Virus record (IMG/VR): IMGVR_UViG_3300017963_002783
Span: 5,471-69,470 of that record
Length of the DNA stretch: 64,000 nt
Strand: one strand, 5' to 3'
From: a virus
Shown piece by piece: positions 49,820 through 58,264 of the stretch (positions are counted from its first letter, which is position 1; each line of letters starts with the position of its first letter). The notes under the pieces were generated by a model. It was not told the origin of the DNA. It did not search any database and worked only from the letters and a program-made list of their open reading frames with translations. The translations under genes and the position numbers were made by a program.

Positions 49820-50474
49820 CCCTCCTGAACTCAATCACCCGCACCCACGGGTTAGCTTCCCATTGGAACCCCGGCTTCTTGGCGTAGAGTGAATCCCAAT
49901 ATGTCTTGAATCCATCGATAGCAGCATCATGCCATCTAGGATGCCATTCAACGACATAGATACCTTCTTCAATAGCATTACTTGGGTCTATTTCTTGCAC
50001 CCTCTCCACCCTGACGCCCGTAATCTCAAGCCAGAGGCGGCAAGCCCATTTAGGCATGTGGATGGAGGGACGCCATTTATCATCGCCAGTAAAATATTTA
50101 CTAGCCCTATCGTCACGTTTCCATGGTCGCCATCCCGTCGTTCCAGAAGCCTTCCATGTAACACCGTAGTTAGGTTCATCTCCATCAACCATTGCCATCC
50201 AAGTCTCCCTCACCCATAGCCTATCGCCGGGACCGCCGTAAGGGCAATACTCATCAATGGGTGCCGTTTTGCCTTCTTTTCGCCATGTTTCTGCATGCCA
50301 AAAACAACTTTTTGGAGATGATTTTTTTGGTGCTCCATATTTATAACCCCAATCAAACCACCCATTTCGTTTTTGTATGGGCTGTGGCTTTATTGGCCTT
50401 CTTGTCATGGTTTTCCGGCCTTCAAGAATGGCCCTTACCATTTCGGTGCTGAATATGATCGGGTGGTCTTTCAT
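49806..50474 (-). CDS. ASCH/PUA-like conserved phage protein
   Basis: MVRAILEGRKTMTRR, CPYG..GDRLWVRET, WRPSIHMP, NPWV. Confidence 0.85.
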   Translation of the reverse strand: MKDHPIIFSTEMVRAILEGRKTMTRRPIKPQPIQKRNGWFDWGYKYGAPKKSSPKSCFWHAETWRKEGKTAPIDEYCPYGGPGDRLWVRETWMAMVDGDEPNYGVTWKASGTTGWRPWKRDDRASKYFTGDDKWRPSIHMPKWACRLWLEITGVRVERVQEIDPSNAIEEGIYVVEWHPRWHDAAIDGFKTYWDSLYAKKPGFQWEANPWVRVIEFRRDDGP

Positions 50475-50821
50475 CCCTTATCCCTCGGCATCCGGCGGAG
50501 CCATTTAAACAGCCTACCACTATCAGTTGTGACGTTTTTATTATTGGGATATTCATTAAGCCACTCCTCCCACTCATCCTCCTCGGCGGGCGGGGAGAGG
50601 AGGATTTGTTTGGCTTCCTCTAGGCTTGGCAGTATAACCATATCTTGTATCGCTCTTAATCGCCCTTCCAAATCCCCTTCGTCCACTATGCGGGATGGGT
50701 GGAGCCAAAGAATTTCACTCACCCCATCTTTCTCGATTGCGCCTACAGGAAAACACCTACAAAAAATACCTTTCCGCAGGATGCTTTTATCAACCTCCAA
50801 AATCACATATTTCTTGCCCAT
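50471..50821 (-). CDS. Hypothetical protein
   Basis: Fills the operon gap; RBS GGAGG upstream. Confidence 0.45.
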   Translation of the reverse strand: MGKKYVILEVDKSILRKGIFCRCFPVGAIEKDGVSEILWLHPSRIVDEGDLEGRLRAIQDMVILPSLEEAKQILLSPPAEEDEWEEWLNEYPNNKNVTTDSGRLFKWLRRMPRDKG

Positions 50822-50822
50822 A

Positions 50823-52043
50823 TCACTCCTCCCATATCTCGAAAGCCTTGAGGCCCATTTCGAAAAGTGTTTCAGCCTTCCGCTTGAACTCCTGGCGACC
50901 ATCCTCGGGAATGTCGTCAAGGGCCGTGGCCCTGTGCAAAGCCAGCAGCTTAGGCCATCCCCCCGGTACGGCCTCCTTTATGGATTCTTTCAGGTCGTAC
51001 ATCTGGCTATACCAGGTTTCGGCTTCGTTCATCCCCTGAGAGGCACCAGGATCGTCTTTTGTGTCAGGGTCGCTACCTTGGCCCTCATCTGCCCCTGTTT
51101 CAGGCAGAGCCCCCTTGTGGCTCATGGTGAGATGCTTTTTCAGGCCTCTTTCGCTCTTAGCTATAAATTCGCAGTGGGGACATTTATAAGAAGGCGGAGA
51201 TTCGTCTATTATAACTTGAGGCTCGGTTTCTTCCTCGATCTGCCCCGCGTCTTTGCCCCCATTTTCAGGGAACAGTTCTTTGGTCGTTATCCGGCCCTCT
51301 TTGAGAGCTGTCGCCATTCCCCTGAGATCGACGATATCCTGGGCAGTCCATTCATCCGCTATACTGCCCCGCTCATTTTCAATCTGCCTCTGAGTGACGC
51401 CGTATTTCTTGAAGAAGTCCATGGCCTGGGCTCGGGCCACATGGATATTTTCGGGCTTGATCTTTTTAAGCTCCGCTTCCTTGGCGGCTTCGATCATCCG
51501 ATCAAGCAACCATCGCGGCATGGCCCGGACCACGGCATTTCGGATCGCCTTGCTCTGCCCGATCTGAAAAACAATGTCCTCCTGCCGATCTTTGCCCATT
51601 TTGTCACTGAGCCTCTGACTTTTCCTTTGTCGGAAAAGACGCGGACAGGTGAATCCAGTCTCCAGGTCTATGAAATAGCCCTTGAAAAGATAGTGGGTCA
51701 GGCTTTCCTCAACGTCCACATCTATAGCATCATTGCCATAGTTTCTGGCAAGGCACATCCCGGCATCAATGCTCGGCCCCTCGACTGGAACCTTTCGGCC
51801 TTTATCCTTATCCCAAACCTCCCACCGATAATAGAAAGCGGTCCCGGCCAGCTTCGCCTCTTCCAAGACGTTGTTGACAAATTTGGTAAGAGAACGCGGA
51901 TTCTGCACTGCGACAGCCGTAGTGTATTTGGTTTCCACTTTCTGGAGTGCCCTACCCTGAGAAAGCATCTCTTGGGGCACGGTGGGAGGGCCTGTAAATG
52001 ATTGAATGTTGTCCAATACTTCAGGGTCCAATGCTTCTTCCAT
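50823..52043 (-). CDS. Putative ssDNA-annealing/recombination protein with a C2H2 zinc finger
   Basis: Adjacent to the exonuclease; EGPSI and SKAIRNAV motifs; CPHC...HLTMSH finger. Confidence 0.55.
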   Translation of the reverse strand: MEEALDPEVLDNIQSFTGPPTVPQEMLSQGRALQKVETKYTTAVAVQNPRSLTKFVNNVLEEAKLAGTAFYYRWEVWDKDKGRKVPVEGPSIDAGMCLARNYGNDAIDVDVEESLTHYLFKGYFIDLETGFTCPRLFRQRKSQRLSDKMGKDRQEDIVFQIGQSKAIRNAVVRAMPRWLLDRMIEAAKEAELKKIKPENIHVARAQAMDFFKKYGVTQRQIENERGSIADEWTAQDIVDLRGMATALKEGRITTKELFPENGGKDAGQIEEETEPQVIIDESPPSYKCPHCEFIAKSERGLKKHLTMSHKGALPETGADEGQGSDPDTKDDPGASQGMNEAETWYSQMYDLKESIKEAVPGGWPKLLALHRATALDDIPEDGRQEFKRKAETLFEMGLKAFEIWEE

Positions 52044-52046
52044 AAG

Positions 52047-52859
52047 TTATATCTCCCTTCTGTGTTTTGGATTTCCTACATACGGGCAGGTCTCCCAATA
52101 CCCGCACCACTTGGGATCACACCACCAGGAGGTAGGATTGGCGGGTATAAAAACTCCTGCCTTCAGCATGTTGATGAACATTTCCAGCTTTGCGAATAGT
52201 GCCTCATAGTCCTGCTCGGTCGGAGTCATTACTTGGGTTTGTAATTCCTCCGAGGTGGGATTTCCGTTTTTGCCCCGTCGAGCTATAAGGATACTGTATT
52301 TAAACTCTGGCCGGATATGGCGGGTCTTTTCATGGACAAAAGAATAAAGAGCAGGCTGTATCTCTTTTTTGATTCGCCCCTCTTGCCATTTCATGCGAGT
52401 GGTTTTCAGGTCTCCTACTTCGGGTTTTTCCTGATAATCCATCACGCCGGCCAGAGGCAGCTCCAAACCTACATCAAGCTCAAACGGCTCCTCTATAGCG
52501 ACCGGATTGATTCCAGGGGCAACTTCTTCCCGATAAAGTTTTGTGCAGCGCAGGGTGTCATTAAGCCCTTCATTTAAGAGGCGATCTTTGGCGGGGCGGT
52601 TCGCTTTGGCAAGATAGATGCCACTTGAGATTGTCTTGACATACTTGTCGCGGGCGGCATCCTTGAGGTCATTGACGGGCAGGTCGTCCCCCTTCTGGAT
52701 TTTGTGCTTCAAATTGACTTCATTGGCGCCATGTACGCCGGTGCCTCGGGCGGCAGCGATAGAAGGCGGGATGATTTCACCTTCAATAAAGCGACGCCGG
52801 AACTGTTCGCCGCATCTAAGGGCCATGTTAAGGCTGGACTGATGGATCGCGTCGATCAT
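52047..52859 (-). CDS. PD-(D/E)XK RecB/Cas4-like exonuclease
   Basis: N-terminal C, RGTGVH, GVMD, DLKT, QPALY and C-terminal C..KWC...C. Confidence 0.85.
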   Translation of the reverse strand: MIDAIHQSSLNMALRCGEQFRRRFIEGEIIPPSIAAARGTGVHGANEVNLKHKIQKGDDLPVNDLKDAARDKYVKTISSGIYLAKANRPAKDRLLNEGLNDTLRCTKLYREEVAPGINPVAIEEPFELDVGLELPLAGVMDYQEKPEVGDLKTTRMKWQEGRIKKEIQPALYSFVHEKTRHIRPEFKYSILIARRGKNGNPTSEELQTQVMTPTEQDYEALFAKLEMFINMLKAGVFIPANPTSWWCDPKWCGYWETCPYVGNPKHRREI

Positions 52860-53019
52860 TGCCGTCCCCTTCCGGAAAGTGATGAATAAGCGACCGGAGC
52901 CTCCCGATCTGCTCCCCGATCATTTTTTTGACCAATTCGGGATCCTTGCCATTCCTCAAGATGTGGGACATGGCATCGGCGGCCATCTCAAAGTCCTTTT
53001 TCGTGCTTGTCCATTTCAT
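52828..53019 (-). CDS. Hypothetical protein
   Basis: Short ORF in the early-left operon. Confidence 0.4.
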   Translation of the reverse strand: MKWTSTKKDFEMAADAMSHILRNGKDPELVKKMIGEQIGRLRSLIHHFPEGDGNDRRDPSVQP

Positions 53020-53165
53020 GAGTAAATTGTCCTTTCCCGGATATAGCGGCGTGTGGCCCGGTCCTGAAGTTTAAGGCGAATGTAATTACCCACACACCAT
53101 CCGACACTAAGCGCACCGATAATTGCCAGTATGTGCTCCATCCAAATCATGACACTCTCCTTTGT

Positions 53166-53872
53166 GCCCCAGATGCTGCCTCCTAGCTCCAAACTTATTC
53201 ACCGTTTTCTCCACAGTACGGCTTAATCAGCAGCCCCCATGCCCGTATCCGGGGCGGTTGAGGTTGGTAGGAGGAAAAAGGTTATGCTGAAAATTTCAAG
53301 ATACGCGCTTTTGTTGATGTTGGCGGCACCCATCACCTCATTTAAGGCATCCCATCCGTTCACCCACCCTTTCGGGTGTACGCCCACCGCCAGCTAAACT
53401 GGAGGATGAGTGGTAAGCTACACTCTATACCCAATCCCGCACAGACCGTTGTCGCAAGCATCGCTTACGCTCTCCCTCGCTTACCACTCATCCAAACTGT
53501 GCCCGAGCAGTCCCGATACATGCCGTGGACTTTTGACATGCAGAGCGGTGTTGACACCTTGCCACTAGGTCGCTTGCCCGGGCGTAAACTGTGCCGGGAG
53601 CCAAATCCAGGTATGCGCTCTTACGGTGCGCTTTGAACCGACCTATTTATGTTTGACTCCCGGCTGTCAAAGAACTGTTGGGGGAGCCAGGATTCTCACC
53701 TGAACCGCGATCCCAATTAAATGCTCCAGCAGAACTATACTGCCATGATAAACAGTCAGCTTGATTGCTGGCCTTTTCGGTTACTAGCCTACTAAGGACT
53801 TGTCGCGCTCGGAGACCTTGGAGCGCAGGCTTACTAGACGGCTAAACCACTCCCCCATTTCAAAGAACTGTT
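53166..53872 (-). ncRNA. Tandem array of six stem-closed structured RNA modules
   Basis: Six closing helices with G-U pairs in the minus-strand reading, GNRA loops and ACAGUU-like linkers; no credible ORF. Confidence 0.65.
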
Positions 53873-53908
53873 CCCACCCAACCACCCCAGGTCTTTTCCT
53901 CCACCGCC

Positions 53909-54178
53909 CTAAAAAAGCAGCGACCGGATATCTATAATTAATCCCCGAATCCGTTCAGCTTCCTGCCTGATATCGCCGGATGCTCCCTGCAAAAGGCCAC
54001 CTAATGGCGGAGCGGGTGGGTCAACACCCTTTTCTGCTTGACACATCTCATCGTGTTCAATCTTGTCTTTCAATTCAGCTAAACCATCTATTGCATCTCT
54101 GAGATTGCCTAAAGCTCTGTGGATCTGCGTATGATAAGGTTCACGTTCAGCGTTAGCCGTTGTTGCTTCAAGGTTCAT
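53909..54178 (-). CDS. Hypothetical coiled-coil protein
   Basis: RBS GGGGAG before ATG 54178. Confidence 0.55.
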   Translation of the reverse strand: MNLEATTANAEREPYHTQIHRALGNLRDAIDGLAELKDKIEHDEMCQAEKGVDPPAPPLGGLLQGASGDIRQEAERIRGLIIDIRSLLF

Positions 54179-54382
54179 TTCTCTCCCCCTTTCTGTTAGA
54201 TTTATCCTCACCGCCCTCTCTGCCCCGTTCGCGGCTCGTTTATTGTTGAGTCCGTACCTGGGGGGCATGATGAGGCACGGGGAAGAACTAGACAAAAACC
54301 AGCCCTTGGCTCCAAAGCCCCATGAGCATCAGGGCCACCATGATGCCAAGGCCGATTAGCGTGGTCACTATAGATGTCTGTC

Positions 54383-54655
54383 TCATGATTCTTCCTTGGC
54401 TTTTTTTATAGCAGCAACAAGGTTCCAAAAAACTGTCCGGCCAGGTTCAACAAGGTCGGGTTCAAGGTATTTTTTTGCTGCTTCACAGGCCTGCAACAGA
54501 TCGGGCACACTGGCGATAAGACGGGCATTCCCGTCAGTCGTTTCCATTTCTGTCTGCATCTTGATAAACGCTACTGTTTTCGTTGGTCCTTCTATCGAGT
54601 ACGGATGATTTTGTGCCCCCCTGCTTACTTTCCACGGTCCCGGTGTGTGTGCCAT
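54383..54655 (-). CDS. Phage early protein (HTPGPW...NARLIA family)
   Basis: MAHTPGPW and GNARLIASVPDLL. Confidence 0.75.
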   Translation of the reverse strand: MAHTPGPWKVSRGAQNHPYSIEGPTKTVAFIKMQTEMETTDGNARLIASVPDLLQACEAAKKYLEPDLVEPGRTVFWNLVAAIKKAKEES

Positions 54656-54773
54656 CTCATCCCCCCTTCTAAATTACCTCCATCCAGACCAGGTAAGCGA
54701 TCATCCCCCATGCGATCAGCCCGAGGATTTCAATAGCGTCAAATTTCATAGGGTGCTCCGTTGGATTTGAGAC

Positions 54774-54827
54774 ACGGTATCATTTTGCTACCAGGCTGTC
54801 AAGTTTTTTCGGTACCATTTTGCTACC
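54774..54827 (-). promoter_or_regulatory. Leftward early promoter with two operators
   Basis: Minus strand TTGACA (54802-54797), 17 bp, TACCGT; 17 bp boxes GGTATCATTTTGCTACC (54776-54792) and GGTACCATTTTGCTACC (54811-54827). Confidence 0.75.
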
Positions 54828-54850
54828 AATTTCAAGAAAAAATTTTAGGG

Positions 54851-55087
54851 CTATTCTTTAAGAAAATCAGCTGGGGTAACTTTGCGGCCAAGCATTTTGA
54901 AAATACTGATGTATTTTTCCATGCTTTTCCAAGCTATGGCGCGACGGCCATACCAATGATGTTCCACCATTTTTGGGGATGGTTTACCGCTTTCGCCAAT
55001 ATAGAGGTTTTTAAGGGCTTTGAGGCCAATATCGGCCTCGGCCGCTAGTCGCCTCAGATTTCTGGATGTGATTTCTTCCTTTTTCAT
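54851..55087 (-). CDS. Small repressor-like HTH protein
   Basis: 78 aa, divergent from the cro-like gene, lying between operator sets; XRE-like pattern; no peptidase domain. Confidence 0.5.
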   Translation of the reverse strand: MKKEEITSRNLRRLAAEADIGLKALKNLYIGESGKPSPKMVEHHWYGRRAIAWKSMEKYISIFKMLGRKVTPADFLKE

Positions 55088-55115
55088 TGACAGACTGGTA
55101 GCAATTTGGTACTGT
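55087..55115 (+). promoter_or_regulatory. Rightward promoter with operator
   Basis: TTGACA 55087-55092, 17 bp, TACTGT 55110-55115; inverted operator copy GGTAGCAATTTGGTACT 55097-55113. Confidence 0.75.
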
Positions 55116-55121
55116 ACCTCC

Positions 55122-55313
55122 ATGAAATTGCAGGATCTCACCCGAAAAGAACTTGAACCTATTGCTGATAAGGCGGGAACGACAGTCGCTTACTTGCTTC
55201 AGATCAAATATGGAAAGAGGAAGCCATCACGAAAACTGGCTGCCAAAATTGAAGAAGCCAGCGGAGGCATCATAGACAAAGTGGACCTGCTTTATCCTGA
55301 CCAAGCCGCATAA
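55122..55313 (+). CDS. Cro-like HTH regulator
   Basis: ADKAGTTVAYLLQIKYGKRKPSRKLA..IE.ASGG is typical Cro/YdaS. Confidence 0.85.
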   Translation: MKLQDLTRKELEPIADKAGTTVAYLLQIKYGKRKPSRKLAAKIEEASGGIIDKVDLLYPDQAA

Positions 55314-55507
55314 AGCGCGGGCCGAGGCTTGGCAGACCTCTGGAAACACCCCTTTCCATTCTCTGAGCCGAAGCCCGCTTAATAATACGATTTTGCTAGT
55401 TAAATCAAGCAAAAAGATACCTCGTAATTTCGGGCAATAACCACACCCCGAGAAAAAAGGCCGCAACGTAAATCAGGACTTTAACCCATTCGCGCCAGGA
55501 GGCTTTC

Positions 55508-55771
55508 ATGTCTCAGCAGACCTTCCATTTCCACGGTCCGAATACGGTCACAATCAACCAAAATACGCAGCCTATCATTGAACCCTGTACGGAAACCTTG
55601 AGTTTCAAGACCGGGGCCTCGGTTAAGCAGGAGTGGCTGGAAGATGCAAAAGCTGCTGGGTATTCGAATTTCAGTATCTATTTGAGAGATATGGTCAGCA
55701 TCGGGAAGGCTCTCCGGCCTTTTCTGAATCATACAATTCACGATATTTTGAAGCAAGGTAAAGGCGGTTAG
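55508..55771 (+). CDS. Hypothetical protein (possible RHH-like regulator)
   Basis: RBS AGGAGG; AKAAGYSNFSIYLRD resembles RHH helices. Confidence 0.5.
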   Translation: MSQQTFHFHGPNTVTINQNTQPIIEPCTETLSFKTGASVKQEWLEDAKAAGYSNFSIYLRDMVSIGKALRPFLNHTIHDILKQGKGG

Positions 55772-55880
55772 ACGGAGGTATACCTCGTCACACAGGAGAA
55801 AACCAAACAGCCTAATGCTCTTCCCCACTGCGCCCATATTTGGTAAAACTCCCCTCAAAAACAGAGAGGGGGAAATCAAC

Positions 55881-56939
55881 ATGAAGGGGAATATCTACTG
55901 GAGATTCGGGAAGCCGATTGTCAGATTCAAGGGGGTTTACAAGACTTGCCAATCATTGCAAGAGGCCGAGAGGGTTCTGACGGGCCTGAGATTCAAAGAG
56001 GATGAGGGGACATTTGATGTCAGGGATTATCAAAAAGACCAGCCGTTGGGGTTTGAAAATCTTGGAAAGCATTGGGTGGATATTCGGAGGGATGACGTGC
56101 GCTGCATCCGAAATCTTAACTACCATATCCGGCTTGCTTCAGCTTTTTTCGGGAATCGGAATGTCAAGGAGATCGGATATGCCGAGCTTGAGGACTTTTT
56201 ACGGTCCCTGCCGGCCAAACTGTCCGCTAAGAGCAAAAAAAATATCTTCACAACGCTTCATACCTTTTGGGGATGGGTACACAAAAGATACAAATTTCCC
56301 ATCCCCGAATTTCCCCAAATCAAATTTGAACTCAACTGGCGAAACACGGTTGACAAGGAGACTCAAGCCAGAATCATCGAGGAAGTCAAGCGGATCTCCT
56401 ACCACATCAACCCGAAAATCTGGATAGGAATAAAGTGGCTGGCAACCTATATCAGCATCCGGCCGATAGAGCTTATCAACATCAAGGAGGGGGATTTCGA
56501 TCTCTCGCTGGGAGTCGTCAATGTTAGATACAATAAGGAAAATAAGTCTAAAATTGTTCCTTTATTGGATGAGGATATTGAACTGGCTAAGTCTTTTCCC
56601 CAGGCCTTGCCTAGTGTTTACTTTTTTCGACATGGGCGCAGAAAAGGCGTCGCTCGTAGGCATAGGCACAGATTCGGAAAAGACTATCTATATTCTTGGT
56701 GGAGAATCGCTTGCAAAAATTGTGGAGTGGATGGAGTTGACCTGTATGGAGGGACAAGGCATTCCTCAGTACGAGCCCTTAGAGAAAGATTCACACCCGA
56801 CCAAATAAAGAAGGCCACCATGCACCACACCAATGCTGCGTTTGAGCGGTATTACCAGATAGAATTGGAGGACACCAGGAAGGTGTATCGGGGAACGACG
56901 CAGAAGGGGGAAGTGGTAGAGATGAGGAAGGCAAAATGA
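55881..56939 (+). CDS. Tyrosine recombinase / phage integrase
   Basis: IRPIEL (R), K....VPL, TRHS, MHH and ERYY (Tyr); a tRNA 3' end lies downstream. Confidence 0.88.
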   Translation: MKGNIYWRFGKPIVRFKGVYKTCQSLQEAERVLTGLRFKEDEGTFDVRDYQKDQPLGFENLGKHWVDIRRDDVRCIRNLNYHIRLASAFFGNRNVKEIGYAELEDFLRSLPAKLSAKSKKNIFTTLHTFWGWVHKRYKFPIPEFPQIKFELNWRNTVDKETQARIIEEVKRISYHINPKIWIGIKWLATYISIRPIELINIKEGDFDLSLGVVNVRYNKENKSKIVPLLDEDIELAKSFPQALPSVYFFRHGRRKGVARRHRHRFGKDYLYSWWRIACKNCGVDGVDLYGGTRHSSVRALRERFTPDQIKKATMHHTNAAFERYYQIELEDTRKVYRGTTQKGEVVEMRKAK

Positions 56940-57697
56940 AAAAGACCTCTATTGGCAATCGAATGAAAGAAAATTACGAAAATCGGTATCGAATGAAACT
57001 AACAAGGCGTACCCCCGTTATCATTCGATTAGATGGTAAAGCCTTCCATACCCTTACAAGGAGATGTGAAAAACCTTTTGATATTACATTCGCAACTTTC
57101 ATGCATACAACTGGTCTATACCTTTGCGAACATATTCAAGGTGCGAAATGTGCATATATTCAATCAGATGAAATATCAATTCTTTTAATTGATTTTGACA
57201 AGCTAACTACAGAGGCATGGTTTGATTATAATATCCAAAAAATCGTGTCTATCAGTGCGGCAATGGCATCAGCTATCTTTAGTTCTCGGTTTGGGCATTT
57301 AGCTTTTTTTGATTCACGGGCCTTTAACATCCCAAAAGATGAACTTTGTAATTATTTCATTTGGAGACAAAAGGATTGGGAGCGCAATTCTATTCAAATG
57401 CTTGCCCAAGCGTACTTTTCAACAAAGCAACTTCATAAGAAAAGCGGTTCTGATATGCACCAAATGTTACATGAGAAGGGAGCAAATTGGGCTAACTTAG
57501 ACTTGCTTTGGAAAAATGGGTGGTTTATTTGGAAAACAAACGAAGAATGGCTTCAAAATGCTGCTCCAATTTTTACCCAAGAAAGACAATATATTGAAAG
57601 ATATCTTTACCCAAATTCCACACAAGGAATTTGTGGGGGAGATAACATGCAAAGCCTTGAAAAAACAGGCATAAGTGGTGCGGAAGGCGGGACTTGA
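56936..57697 (+). CDS. Thg1-like protein (tRNA-His guanylyltransferase / 3'-5' polymerase)
   Basis: RMKENYE, IRLDGKAFH, YIQSDEISILL, FDSRAF, YFIWRQKD.RNSI. Confidence 0.92.
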   Translation: MKKTSIGNRMKENYENRYRMKLTRRTPVIIRLDGKAFHTLTRRCEKPFDITFATFMHTTGLYLCEHIQGAKCAYIQSDEISILLIDFDKLTTEAWFDYNIQKIVSISAAMASAIFSSRFGHLAFFDSRAFNIPKDELCNYFIWRQKDWERNSIQMLAQAYFSTKQLHKKSGSDMHQMLHEKGANWANLDLLWKNGWFIWKTNEEWLQNAAPIFTQERQYIERYLYPNSTQGICGGDNMQSLEKTGISGAEGGT

Positions 57698-57700
57698 ACC
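57676..57700 (-). other. attP core: 3' end of a tRNA-Leu-like gene
   Basis: Minus strand GGTTCAAGTCCCGCCTTCCGCACCA is a T-loop, acceptor strand and CCA; no 5' half; TTAC(A/C)CAA arm-like repeats on both sides. Confidence 0.8.
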
Positions 57701-57793
57701 TGAACGTGCTAAGTAAAACCCTGAAATTAGAAGCCAAACTTAGATGAAACAGCGAGTTACACAAGGTTTACACAACCCCCACGGGAGGGATGG

Positions 57794-58158
57794 ATGACAC
57801 CACAACAACGTAAGCAGGGAGGGGTGGATGAGTAAAGTTTATTGTAAAGATTGCTTGTATGTGACCGATGGATATGGCCAGCATGTTTGCGGTCACCCAC
57901 AGAATAGGAAAAAGCGGGATACCTCTTATGAAATGTATGAATATAGGCCATCTATAGCAGATGTAAATGAAAAAAACAATTGCCGCCTATTTGAGTCTAA
58001 AATTCATAGTAAGTAACTAGTGGGGAAATGGTTCATGACACCACAACAACGTGAGCAAGGAGGGGAGATATGTTACCTGAATCATGTGAAGAACTAGAGA
58101 AAGAACATCAAGGCGAAGAAACGGAAAAGATACCCATGACACCACAACAACGTGAGCA
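57794..58158 (+). repeat. Three copies of ATGACACCACAACAACGT(A/G)AGCA
   Basis: Copies start at 57794, 58035 and 58136. Confidence 0.9.
57828..58016 (+). CDS. Small Cys-rich protein
   Basis: CKDC...C...C; RBS GGAGG. Confidence 0.55.
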   Translation: MSKVYCKDCLYVTDGYGQHVCGHPQNRKKRDTSYEMYEYRPSIADVNEKNNCRLFESKIHSK

Positions 58159-58264
58159 CAAACGGCAGAAGATTAAGGAACTCCGCCAATTAATAGAGCA
58201 TACAGCAAGTCCAACAGCAAAAATAGTCCTTCAGGAAATGATAGATGAGATGGAGGAGGAATGA
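58070..58264 (+). CDS. Hypothetical protein
   Basis: RBS AAGGAGG; ATGA coupling with the next gene. Confidence 0.5.
   Translation: MLPESCEELEKEHQGEETEKIPMTPQQREHKRQKIKELRQLIEHTASPTAKIVLQEMIDEMEEE

Noticed and set aside
50373-52001. 542 aa + strand ORF
   Set aside because: Antisense shadow of well-formed minus-strand operon genes; no motifs.
52047-52859. CRISPR-associated Cas4
   Set aside because: Sits beside a recombinase-like gene in an early operon; an ordinary phage exonuclease context.
53376-53636. 86 aa + strand ORF in the RNA array
   Set aside because: Opposite to the operon direction, no RBS, no protein-like motifs.
53166-53872. Possible CRISPR array or tmRNA
   Set aside because: Shared linkers are only 6-13 nt, units are 70-180 nt and self-paired, and there is no cas operon. 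M1 is too short for tmRNA and shows no tag frame.
54222-54283. Seventh RNA module (CCCCGT/ACGGGG stem)
   Set aside because: Only a 6 bp stem, no ACAGUU linker, and separated from the array by a gene; too weak to call.
57676-57760. Complete tRNA-Leu gene
   Set aside because: Only the last 25 nt match; no D or anticodon arm upstream on the minus strand. Called as attP.
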